Part shown: positions 55,563-64,000 of the stretch, piece by piece
How positions within the stretch are numbered: the stretch's first letter is position 1
How the letters are laid out: each line of letters starts with the position of its first letter
Sequence record: LC592711.1
Direction: 5' to 3' (one strand)
DNA: 64,000 bases
Position numbers and translations under genes: made by a program
Notes under the pieces: generated by a model
The model's input: the letters and a program-made list of their open reading frames with translations, nothing else
Told to the model about the DNA's origin: nothing
Databases searched by the model: none

Positions 55563-57338
55563 TTATTCGTCTTTTTTCTCTTGACCCGTCACAATACGGA
55601 GAGCGTTCTCAGCTTCCGACGTGGACATGGTAATCGAAGGACGATCGTCGTCTTCTTCATCCGCGCCACCGAACGACACCTTCAGGTGCTTAACGGAGAC
55701 GAACGGCAGCATGTGTTGGTTGACTGTCGATTCCTGGGCTTCCTTGCTCAGATCCGACAGATCATCCACGAGCTCTTCCAACGAAGGCGGAACCATCTCA
55801 CCCACCTTGTTGTAAAGCGCCACAAGACCAGCTGCGTTCTTCTTCAGTGTACTCACGACGTCTGCTGCGTTCTTGGTGACTTCCGTGTAAACACGGGAGA
55901 TCTCCGCATACACACGCATCAAGCCGGCGTAGTTCTCCGTCAGGATACGCTGCAAACGAATGATTGCTTCTGCCTCTGCTTTACGCTGGGGGCGGGAAGG
56001 ATCGCGTGCTGCGGTTTTCTGAAGACCACGAGCAGCTTCTTCGAGGTGCTGCAGGACAGGTTGCGACTTCTTCAGCAGTTCGATGAAGACGATCATACCG
56101 CGCCAGTTGACTTCCTTCAAGCGGCGCACACCGATCTGGTAACCGGACAACAGTTCTTCCAGATCGTTGAAGTTCGGTTCTTTCGAACCAGCATCATGAA
56201 TGCTGTTGCGAAGCGTGCCTGCCCATTCGCCAGCCGACATGAACGTATGGGAACCGATCTTGAAAGCAGCCAGCCGTTCATCCGAAATAGCCGCCAACGA
56301 GAGAAGACCCGTGCGTTCCTTATTCCAGCCGGAACCACCTTCTTCGGAGAAAGCAGAGGCAGCTTCCTTGCCAGCAGCAAATGCTGCTTCAAGCGCATCG
56401 AGTTCCGACGCCATGATCTTGCTGTAGTCGTTGAAGCCTTCGAACGACGCGGTGATGAGAGCCATCGCATCGCTACGTTCTTGAGCGAAAACAACACGAG
56501 CGTAACGGCTCGGCTTTCTCATGTACTCCAGAACTTCTTTGCCGCCTTCAACGCCCATCAGTGCTTCGCCCAGGTCGATCTTCAGGAAGTGCTCGCGCTT
56601 TGCCTTCGGATCGATCTTGGTGTTGTCCAGCAGGTCGGGGATTTCAGCGATGATCTGGTCTTGAACCGACACAGGCAGCGAGGACTTGCGGATTTCCTCG
56701 TGACTGATCGCATTGGGCATGCGAATGTTCAGTTCTTTACCCCGCGTAGCTCGGACCTTGCTGACGGTGCGATCGAGGACCTTCTCCTGCTTGTCCACTT
56801 TCTTCTCGGATTCACGGACACCCTGCTCCGCTTTATCCAGAGTACCGCCACCGCTACCACCACTCGATCCACCACCACTGCCAAACAGCCAGTTGATGAA
56901 CTTGTAGATGATAGCGACAAGGAAAGCTGCTGCTGCTGCGATCACCACCCACATCTGGGTCGAGAGCGCTTCGAGACTCGGCTCGTAGCCGACACCCGAC
57001 ACGTCTTCGGTGAAGTAGTTGGGCTTGATATGGGATTCGAGCGACGGAACGAGTTCCAGAAGCTCGTAAGCCATCCCACGGCTCATGCCCTTATTCTTCT
57101 TCATCCGACGTTCCAGATCCACCAGACGCTGGACGTAGGATTCGGTCGAGATGATTAGATCGATGTCGTCTTTCATCTCCGGGAACTGGTTAGCCAATTC
57201 CGGTTGTTTGAAGAAGTTCGTATCCGGCATCTCGAAGCCGCTGTTGGGACCGCCCTCAGCTGCGGACTGCATAGCCTGAGCGCGGATCTCCTCGTTGTCG
57301 TTGAACTTGTCCCACGTGAAAAGCGAATCACCACGCAT
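55563..57338 (-). CDS. Internal head protein with hydrophobic helix after maturation motif
   Basis: PSLEALS then MWVVIAAAAAFLVAIIYKFINWLFG and Gly/Ser linker. Confidence 0.68.
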   Translation of the reverse strand: MRGDSLFTWDKFNDNEEIRAQAMQSAAEGGPNSGFEMPDTNFFKQPELANQFPEMKDDIDLIISTESYVQRLVDLERRMKKNKGMSRGMAYELLELVPSLESHIKPNYFTEDVSGVGYEPSLEALSTQMWVVIAAAAAFLVAIIYKFINWLFGSGGGSSGGSGGGTLDKAEQGVRESEKKVDKQEKVLDRTVSKVRATRGKELNIRMPNAISHEEIRKSSLPVSVQDQIIAEIPDLLDNTKIDPKAKREHFLKIDLGEALMGVEGGKEVLEYMRKPSRYARVVFAQERSDAMALITASFEGFNDYSKIMASELDALEAAFAAGKEAASAFSEEGGSGWNKERTGLLSLAAISDERLAAFKIGSHTFMSAGEWAGTLRNSIHDAGSKEPNFNDLEELLSGYQIGVRRLKEVNWRGMIVFIELLKKSQPVLQHLEEAARGLQKTAARDPSRPQRKAEAEAIIRLQRILTENYAGLMRVYAEISRVYTEVTKNAADVVSTLKKNAAGLVALYNKVGEMVPPSLEELVDDLSDLSKEAQESTVNQHMLPFVSVKHLKVSFGGADEEDDDRPSITMSTSEAENALRIVTGQEKKDE

Positions 57339-57349
57339 GGCGTGTCACC

Positions 57350-57826
57350 TCACGAGAGCGAGATCTTGTTGCACTCGCGCAACTTGCAGATGAGCAGGTT
57401 GGCCAGTTGGAGAACCGACGATGCCTGCATGCCGACTTCCTTGATGGCGTTCCACACTTCGACTGGCATGATCGGAGCGATACCCAACGCGGTAGCCAAG
57501 AATTCGAATTCCGGGTTCACGTTGTAGTCGCACGCTTCGCCGTTCAGGATACGGCTGCGCAGCAGGAACATCATCTTCGCGGCTTCGCAAGCTGCTTGCA
57601 CGTCGATGAGCATTTCTTCGTTCAGGAACGAGACCGTGCGCGCGACGTTTGCTGTGTGTGCATCTGCGAACACCGTCATCGGGTTCAGTTCGTTGCCGAT
57701 CTTCGGAACGAGGTGGTTGCCGATTGCCATGCCGATGATGACCGGCAGGATCAGGCGACGCTTGGCGGAATCGGGCAGCATGAGGCTGACCTTGCCAGCG
57801 AATTCTTGGACTTCGAAATTCTGCAT
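57350..57826 (-). CDS. Putative virion protein
   Basis: 158 aa, strong codon bias, head block. Confidence 0.58.
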   Translation of the reverse strand: MQNFEVQEFAGKVSLMLPDSAKRRLILPVIIGMAIGNHLVPKIGNELNPMTVFADAHTANVARTVSFLNEEMLIDVQAACEAAKMMFLLRSRILNGEACDYNVNPEFEFLATALGIAPIMPVEVWNAIKEVGMQASSVLQLANLLICKLRECNKISLS

Positions 57827-57841
57827 GATGGTGACCTGTGG

Positions 57842-59152
57842 TTAAGCGTTACGGAACTTGTTTGCGTAGTAGAACAGCTTGTTGGACGCCATGTCTTCGA
57901 GCTGTTGCTGGAATTCGATCTGTTTGCGTTTGTTGACGCCCGACGGAATCAGGTAGTCATAAACCAGACCCACGAGCTGGGTATGGTCCTTGAAGTGATC
58001 GTTGGTCTTGTCGATGATCTCGATGTCTTCGCGAATGCGAGCCGAGTCTTCCTTCGTCAGGCCAGGTTCCTTCAGTTCGTTGATCAGGTCATTGCGGATG
58101 CGGATGAAACGACGACCTGCCTTGTCGTACCAGTCGTGATGGGCGTCTGCCAGCAGGAGACCTGCGAGCAGCACGAACGTCGTGTATGCGCCGTACACTT
58201 GACCGATTGCGATTTCGAAGATACCGAGCGCGAGCACACAGACCTTCACGAATTCCATGAAGAAGTAGCCGACCCAGCCGCGACGATAGATCGTGCCCTT
58301 GTACATCTTGTCGAGCGCCGTCACGAGATCACGGCCAGCGCCATGACGCGTTGCGAACTGATCCGACAGAGCTTCGAAGCTGTTGATGTCGTAGCCTTCC
58401 ACGCCCGACTGGCTGCGGTTCTTGCGTGCCAGGTTCGAGATGATGACCGTGTAGATCGTCGTGTTGTTCTTGTTGCCGAGATCCTGAGCATCCAGATTCG
58501 TGATCGCCAGCATATCGCCAGCTTCCTTGATGATCAGTTCACGTCGGCCATGGTCGGTCGTGCCGTCCAGTTCACGCACCATCGTGATGAGGATCTGGTT
58601 GGTCGTACGGAAACGGATCAGGTGTTCGAAGAACGACCACACGTGACCGACTTCATGCAGGATGATCGCCGAGAGTTCCGGGCTGGAATATTCACGACCG
58701 TCGAAGAGCTTGTAGAGCAGGCCCTTGTTGCCGTAGATCATCGCAGCATTCAGGTACATCTTGATCGGCGGCAGTTCTGCCAGGTAGCCGTCCACCCAGC
58801 CTGCGTTCGTATCGATGAACGTACGCACTTCCTTGTTCTGGCTCTTGCGGATGTCGGCGAGCGAGCGCTTGGAGAGCGTCGTGTCCTTCCAGCCGTAACC
58901 TTCGAGCAGCGGGCTGTTCTTGTCCAGATGCGGGGGTTCCGTCATCATGGGCATGTCGCTCACGCTGATTTCGAAGTTGATGTTCGTGTTGTCCTTGATG
59001 CACTTGGCAACTGCGATCTCGAACTCGGTGCGAGTGTTACCGTCGCTCTTGGTACGGTACTTGTCGATGATCGCCGTCATCTCGCGGTGAAAGCGATCGT
59101 TCTGGAACGAAATGCTCTCCGGCGAGTAGATGGGATTGATGGTGGTAAACAT
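57842..59152 (-). CDS. Zincin-like metallopeptidase with membrane segment, probable head protein
   Basis: ILHEVGH (HExxH) and EALSDQFATRHGAGRDLVTALDKM (M48-like); hydrophobic region near C-terminus. Confidence 0.68.
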   Translation of the reverse strand: MFTTINPIYSPESISFQNDRFHREMTAIIDKYRTKSDGNTRTEFEIAVAKCIKDNTNINFEISVSDMPMMTEPPHLDKNSPLLEGYGWKDTTLSKRSLADIRKSQNKEVRTFIDTNAGWVDGYLAELPPIKMYLNAAMIYGNKGLLYKLFDGREYSSPELSAIILHEVGHVWSFFEHLIRFRTTNQILITMVRELDGTTDHGRRELIIKEAGDMLAITNLDAQDLGNKNNTTIYTVIISNLARKNRSQSGVEGYDINSFEALSDQFATRHGAGRDLVTALDKMYKGTIYRRGWVGYFFMEFVKVCVLALGIFEIAIGQVYGAYTTFVLLAGLLLADAHHDWYDKAGRRFIRIRNDLINELKEPGLTKEDSARIREDIEIIDKTNDHFKDHTQLVGLVYDYLIPSGVNKRKQIEFQQQLEDMASNKLFYYANKFRNA

Positions 59153-59249
59153 GTTTTGGCCGACCTTTTGTCAACGGTAATTAAAAATCAGACGACACAA
59201 TGTTGTGCCTGAAATTGTCCTACGCCTCATAAAAAAGGTGCGAAATAGA

Positions 59250-61346
59250 ATGGATAATATTCTGTTGCTCAACAAGAGGAACAAAACAGCAGTTTACCCA
59301 AGTGATCTGCTGGTCATTGACATTGACAGAACCTGTCCGATTCTCGGAAATCCGTTTCCGATGAAGGACAAAGACGACGATGAAGAACGCTCTTTTGTGA
59401 TCGATTCATACCGTCGGTATTTTGAAAAAGAGTATACCAATAATGGGATACTCACCAAACGAATTCATGAACTTGCAGACCTGGTTCGCTCTGGTAAGCG
59501 GATCGGTCTTCGCTGCTGGTGTCACCCTAAACCGTGTCACGGCAACATCATCATCTCCAAGATCAAAAAACTACTGGAAGGAAACATGTCTGAATCGCCT
59601 CAACAACCCAGTAAAGAGTTTCTGAACTATCCCTTCGCAAAGGAAGACATCGATTACGTCGAATGTCGTTTCGCTATCCACATTCCGAAGGATCGAAACA
59701 ACGAGAAAGGTATCGACCTTCATGCAGTTAAGGAAATCATTCACTTCAAGGATGGCACGACCAAGCCGTGGGTGAAGTACATTCCGAACTACCAGTGCAA
59801 ATTCTGGACGACGAAGCCTCATGTTCGTAACGGCAAGTTTGCACACAAGCAGAAGAAAGAATGGGAGTCGCTCGATAACCTGATTGAAGGTCAGGCTACC
59901 GCTTCCGGCATGGGCTTTGCTGTTGCTCGTGCGCTGGATCAGATGCGTCTGGCTGATCGTTATTTCGATCTGAAGGATTCGCCCTACGTCTACGGTCTGG
60001 ATATTCCGTCGACGGTGCAACTCAAGCACGACTACACCGTGCGTATGCAGGGTAAGGCTGATACGCCGTTTACCATCGCCTATTCTGATACTGAAACGAA
60101 CATGCTCGGTATCGAAGAAGGTGCTTCGAAACACATCATCATGCAGTCGCTCTTCCATCAGGATGGACGTCTGTTCACGGTGATTCTCGAAGACTTCGTG
60201 AAGACGCTGCCTAATCCGCAGAAAGATCTTCGCGCCCTCTATGACGAACACATGCCTGAGCAAGGCAAGGAACTCGTCAAGGATTGGGAAATCGCAATCG
60301 TCAAAGAACCGATCGACATCGTCAAGGCAATTTTGCAACGTTGCCATACGTGGCAGCCTGACTTCCTGTCGTTCTGGAACATGATCTTCGACTTGGACAA
60401 AATGATCCAGTGCGTTGAAGACGCCGGTTATCGTCCCGAAGACATCTTCTGCGATCCTCGCCTGCCGCGTGAGTTGCGCTATGCATACCTGAAGCGCGCT
60501 AACCCGAGCAAGACGTCGGCATCGGGTCGTCTGATGACCAAGAAGCCTGCCGACCAGTGGCATAGCTGGCTATGTCCTGCCTCGTTTTACATCATTGACC
60601 AGATGGCCACCTACCGCTTCGTTCGTAAATCGAAGCAGCTGGAAAAGTCTTACGGTCTGGATGACATTCTGGGCAAGGAACTCGAAGGTCTGGGTAAGCT
60701 CAAGCACAAGCCTGCTGAAGGTTTGACTAAAGCTGAATTCCACATCTTCATGCAACAGAAATATCCTGGCGAGTATGTGATCTATCACATCTGGGATGCG
60801 GTCTGTATGCACCTGCTGACGCTGAAGACGAAGGACTTGTCATTCTCGTTGCCAGGTACGACGGAGTTCTCGGACTTCATGAGCTTTGAATCGGAACCGA
60901 AACGCTACATCCACAAGTTCCATTTCTACGCATTGGAAAACCATCGATGCGTGACTGGTGTATCCAGTAAAGCTCTGGTGCAAGAATACGACGACATGAC
61001 CATCTCCACCAAAGGTCACATCGTTACTCTTGAACCACATTTGACTGTGGATTCTGGGATGAAGATCTTCAATGATTATCCCGAGCTACAGACAAACTTC
61101 TACGGCCACAATGCTGACTTGGACGTTAAGTCCAGTTATCCATACGGCCAGTGGGTTTTCAACATGTCGCGTACCACGACTGTTCGAGAACTCGTTGAGA
61201 TCGAAGGTGTGCGCGATCATGTTCGCCGCATCCAGGGTCTTAACATCTCTGGTGGACGCAGTAATGCAGTTGAATTCTGTACTGAGATCTTCGGTCTTCC
61301 GAGCCTCGCTGAACTCGACAAGATTTACGATCAGGCACATGCATAA
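59250..61346 (+). CDS. Split PolB subunit (3'-5' exonuclease plus motif A) with in-frame N-terminal DUF4326-like domain
   Basis: YSDTETN (ExoI), FWNMIFD (ExoII), YHIWD (ExoIII), DLDVKSSYP (PolB motif A); N-terminal LGNPF...LRCWCHPKPCHG; second RBS and ATG at 59586. Confidence 0.78.
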   Translation: MDNILLLNKRNKTAVYPSDLLVIDIDRTCPILGNPFPMKDKDDDEERSFVIDSYRRYFEKEYTNNGILTKRIHELADLVRSGKRIGLRCWCHPKPCHGNIIISKIKKLLEGNMSESPQQPSKEFLNYPFAKEDIDYVECRFAIHIPKDRNNEKGIDLHAVKEIIHFKDGTTKPWVKYIPNYQCKFWTTKPHVRNGKFAHKQKKEWESLDNLIEGQATASGMGFAVARALDQMRLADRYFDLKDSPYVYGLDIPSTVQLKHDYTVRMQGKADTPFTIAYSDTETNMLGIEEGASKHIIMQSLFHQDGRLFTVILEDFVKTLPNPQKDLRALYDEHMPEQGKELVKDWEIAIVKEPIDIVKAILQRCHTWQPDFLSFWNMIFDLDKMIQCVEDAGYRPEDIFCDPRLPRELRYAYLKRANPSKTSASGRLMTKKPADQWHSWLCPASFYIIDQMATYRFVRKSKQLEKSYGLDDILGKELEGLGKLKHKPAEGLTKAEFHIFMQQKYPGEYVIYHIWDAVCMHLLTLKTKDLSFSLPGTTEFSDFMSFESEPKRYIHKFHFYALENHRCVTGVSSKALVQEYDDMTISTKGHIVTLEPHLTVDSGMKIFNDYPELQTNFYGHNADLDVKSSYPYGQWVFNMSRTTTVRELVEIEGVRDHVRRIQGLNISGGRSNAVEFCTEIFGLPSLAELDKIYDQAHA

Positions 61347-61356
61347 AGCATAGGCA

Positions 61357-61386
61357 CCTACTCCTACCCGCAAGGGTAGGAGTAGG
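61357..61386. terminator. 13-bp stem-loop between convergent genes
   Basis: CCTACTCCTACCC-gcaa-GGGTAGGAGTAGG. Confidence 0.75.
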
Positions 61387-61397
61387 ACTATGTCTGC

Positions 61398-61970
61398 TTA
61401 CCATACGCTGTAACCGCTAGGCATATATTGGAATGTGTCAGGAATCTTCACAATCGAAGACTGGACACTGCCGTAAGGGTCCGCAGCACAGCCCCAAAAC
61501 GACGAAACGCCAGGGACATAACTGGTGAGGTTCACACTCGTCATAGCCACACCATCCCGATAGAACACCAGGAGTTTAGCGTCCAGATCTACTGCCACAC
61601 CGATTACGTTACCTGTGGTGAACGAGCTATAACCGATGCGGCTATTAGCGCCGAAAATAAGCTGTGGTCCTGAACCATACCAAAGCAGTTCGCCTGAACT
61701 GGTCCAAGGCTGGTTGTAGGTTGTACTGATAGAAGCTAGTCCGATCAAAGGTGTATACGGACCATTTGGCTGAACGATAAGTACTTCGAAATACCATTTC
61801 CCGCTACTGTGCGAATTGGTAGTAAAGGCAGAAGGTCCGCCGGTCGAAGCAAACGTTGCAGTCTTATTGTTGTTTGACAGAGTAGCGCCGGCACTTTTCA
61901 TCGTTGGACTGAAGGCGGTACCACCCGACGCAGTGACTTTCTTTTTTAACAACAGGGAGGCAGCTAGCAT
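61398..61970 (-). CDS. SPRY/B30.2 domain protein
   Basis: SGKWYFEV, IGLAS, VIGVAVDLDAKLLVFYRDG. Confidence 0.8.
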   Translation of the reverse strand: MLAASLLLKKKVTASGGTAFSPTMKSAGATLSNNNKTATFASTGGPSAFTTNSHSSGKWYFEVLIVQPNGPYTPLIGLASISTTYNQPWTSSGELLWYGSGPQLIFGANSRIGYSSFTTGNVIGVAVDLDAKLLVFYRDGVAMTSVNLTSYVPGVSSFWGCAADPYGSVQSSIVKIPDTFQYMPSGYSVW

Positions 61971-61971
61971 C

Positions 61972-62574
61972 TTACCACCGTGAGAAACCAGACGGAATCG
62001 AATACGTCAGCGACGTTGATGCCAAATCCACGATGCCTGCTGTACCGGTTGCATAAGGACTTCCCGCAATCGGATAGAAGGTATGTCCTGGAGTACTGTA
62101 TGTCGACATGCTCAGTTTACCTTTAGCTACTCCATTGATTGAAAACTCAAGCTGCAAGTTATCAAGATCCATCGCTATACCGATGACGGCGCCAGCCGTG
62201 AAGAACGTACCGTAAGTAATGGATTTAGCATTATTGTAATACATCGTACAATTGCTAGGTCCATTGGCATATAGCACCATTTCATCAGGGCCGTTATTAA
62301 ACGGATTCGTGAGATCGGTACGTTCAGAACAGATTCCGATAGCCGGCGATGCTCCGCCAGGCCAGCCGCTTTCTACTTGAACGATATTGATTTCAGTGTA
62401 CCACTTGCCGGAAGTCTTGCCTAATGTCCCACGCGCTGACGCATGCGACGATGAATTCATTGTAAGTCGGAGATTGCTATTCGAAAGAGAAGAGCCGCTA
62501 CTCATTGTGGATGAATCCCACGTTTGAGTAGAAGATACAATCTTCTTCTTGGCGGCGAGGATTAACTCATGCAT
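61972..62574 (-). CDS. SPRY/B30.2 domain protein (paralog)
   Basis: SGKWYTEI, IGIC, VIGIAMDLDNLQLEFSING, FYP. Confidence 0.8.
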   Translation of the reverse strand: MHELILAAKKKIVSSTQTWDSSTMSSGSSLSNSNLRLTMNSSSHASARGTLGKTSGKWYTEINIVQVESGWPGGASPAIGICSERTDLTNPFNNGPDEMVLYANGPSNCTMYYNNAKSITYGTFFTAGAVIGIAMDLDNLQLEFSINGVAKGKLSMSTYSTPGHTFYPIAGSPYATGTAGIVDLASTSLTYSIPSGFSRW

Positions 62575-62610
62575 AAGTAACCCATGTTTGTAAGTATAAA
62601 GTCATAGGAT

Positions 62611-62636
62611 CGTATCAGGGCGCGAGCCCTGATACG
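62611..62636. terminator. 11-bp stem-loop
   Basis: CGTATCAGGGC-gcga-GCCCTGATACG. Confidence 0.65.
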
Positions 62637-62642
62637 TATCCG

Positions 62643-63338
62643 TTATTCGATGTACTGGATGATATTGTCGACCGATTTCTGTACTTCACTGATCGAGCGG
62701 GTTGCATCGACAGTGAAAAGAGGCCCGGCTTCCTGCATGATTCGCTGGCTGAACTGCGCACGGAAGTTCTGGATGAGGTTCTCGAAGAATTCGTCCGGCT
62801 TCGTTTCGAATGCGTCCTTCACATCACCGGCCGCACTTACGCGTTCGTCGACACGAGCGCGAGAAGTCGCCAGATCGATGTCCAGAAAGATCGTGGCGTA
62901 GCCTTTGATCTGGCTGTAGAGCCATGCCCGCGTTTGAAGCGGATATGAAGCCAGAATGTTGGGCAGATTCAGATGGTAGTCGAACATCTGATCACAGAGC
63001 TTCTTAGGGATTCCCTGAGTGAAGTGCTGGTATACCCATGTCGTGTCGTTCCAACGGTCACTGATGACCACCTGGCCAGCCAGAAGGGCAGGTATGATGT
63101 TCTCGACCAGTACCCGGCGACGCAGATACAGAATACACGACAAAACTGCCGGCATCGGGATTTTCTGATGAATCCATGCATCGCGCATGAACGATGCTTC
63201 TTCGTCTTTCGGATATGCCGCGACAACGACATTCGGAATGCCTTTAGCCGTCAGGTATTCGCCGATGTATTTCGAAATGCTACTCTTACCGCTCCCGTCG
63301 ATGCCTTCAACGGTCCAGAAACGATTGTCACTTGCCAC
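62643..63338 (-). CDS. tmk: Thymidylate (dTMP) kinase
   Basis: VEGIDGSGKSS P-loop, VVISDRWNDTT (DR motif), IFLDID, VDATRSISEV. Confidence 0.9.
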   Translation of the reverse strand: MASDNRFWTVEGIDGSGKSSISKYIGEYLTAKGIPNVVVAAYPKDEEASFMRDAWIHQKIPMPAVLSCILYLRRRVLVENIIPALLAGQVVISDRWNDTTWVYQHFTQGIPKKLCDQMFDYHLNLPNILASYPLQTRAWLYSQIKGYATIFLDIDLATSRARVDERVSAAGDVKDAFETKPDEFFENLIQNFRAQFSQRIMQEAGPLFTVDATRSISEVQKSVDNIIQYIE

Positions 63339-63373
63339 GTTGGTCTCCCAGGTTTAACCAGGCTATCTGGCCT

Positions 63374-63420
63374 AAAAATAAAAAAATAAAACAAAAAAAA
63401 AATCCCCGGACGAACCGGGG
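63374..63420 (-). terminator. Intrinsic terminator with long T-tracts
   Basis: CCCCGG-ttcgt-CCGGGG followed by T-rich tracts. Confidence 0.7.
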
Positions 63421-63443
63421 AAAAATACACGCGCCGCCGAGGG

Positions 63444-63971
63444 CTACATGCGGCGCATGTAGAGGCTCAGTGGCACGTAGGACGGATTCACGAAACGATA
63501 CATTGCTGCAGCGCTCTGTTCCTTCTCGCGACAGTTATTCGCGAAACGAACGAAGTGCTCCAACTCACCCTTGGTTTTGGCAGTGCCGACATACACACTG
63601 TTCTGCTCCTTAAGCGAACTGTAGTAGACTTCGACACCGCCTTCCTTCGAGCGAGCATAGGCTTGTACGCCATCGGGTATGATGACGTCATGCACAGTCT
63701 TGATATAGTTCCGGTTGTACTTCACCGGATACCACAACGACTTATTGACCTCGTCGGTGAACTGACGCAGATTCTCGAAGTAGTAGTTCGCAGCTTCCAG
63801 GACCATGTTCTTGTAATCCGGATTGTGGAACTCCTGCGCAATGCTGCTACCGCTGAATACTCGGATAACAACCTTACGAGGACCCCGCATTGCTGCGACC
63901 ATCTTCGAAGGAAGAATGAAAACGCCATGGCCGGGAATGACCTTGACGCCTTCTTCTTTTTTATCAAACAA
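63444..63971 (-). CDS. Hypothetical protein
   Basis: 175-aa ORF ending before the terminator. Confidence 0.62.
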   Translation of the reverse strand: MFDKKEEGVKVIPGHGVFILPSKMVAAMRGPRKVVIRVFSGSSIAQEFHNPDYKNMVLEAANYYFENLRQFTDEVNKSLWYPVKYNRNYIKTVHDVIIPDGVQAYARSKEGGVEVYYSSLKEQNSVYVGTAKTKGELEHFVRFANNCREKEQSAAAMYRFVNPSYVPLSLYMRRM

Positions 63972-64000
63972 CTGACGTAGCTTGCCGCGCTGGGCGAAAG

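Noticed and set aside
63374-63402. A-rich tract as replication origin or phase-variable homopolymer
   Set aside because: Better explained as the T-tract of the adjacent terminator hairpin; no iterons seen
1-64000. Stop-codon reassignment
   Set aside because: Known genes (helicase, thyA, tmk, capsid) read intact under the standard code and genes end in TAA, TGA and TAG

Overview
A 64-kb segment of a phiKZ-like jumbo myovirus (Chimalliviridae-type; family assignment is my recognition from sequence, not a database hit). It holds the 5' part of the major capsid gene, a phiKZ-type DnaB helicase, a long minus-strand accessory region of mostly early/middle genes (AAA+ ATPase, NUDIX, QueC-like, HAD, holin-like, thyA), a collagen-like tail fibre module, a conserved virion block (baseplate/tail and internal head proteins), the exonuclease half of a split PolB, two SPRY proteins and tmk. 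I found no rRNA, tRNA, CRISPR array or intact mobile element. The best candidate for an undescribed system is six consecutive, divergent winged-helix genes (5489-7731) running into an AAA+ ATPase and a nuclease-less NUMOD3 protein. Other leads: a protein with an IF2 N-terminal-like domain and a basic tail; a promoter-to-terminator ~150-nt structured RNA with a CUCCU loop; a recurring hairpin+TATG intergenic element; a TTTTAAAA box before 12 start codons; and an in-frame DUF4326-PolB exonuclease fusion. The 55-bp duplication that frameshifts the tail fibre is most likely a k=55 assembly artefact. Several starts were moved from the ORF track using RBS evidence.
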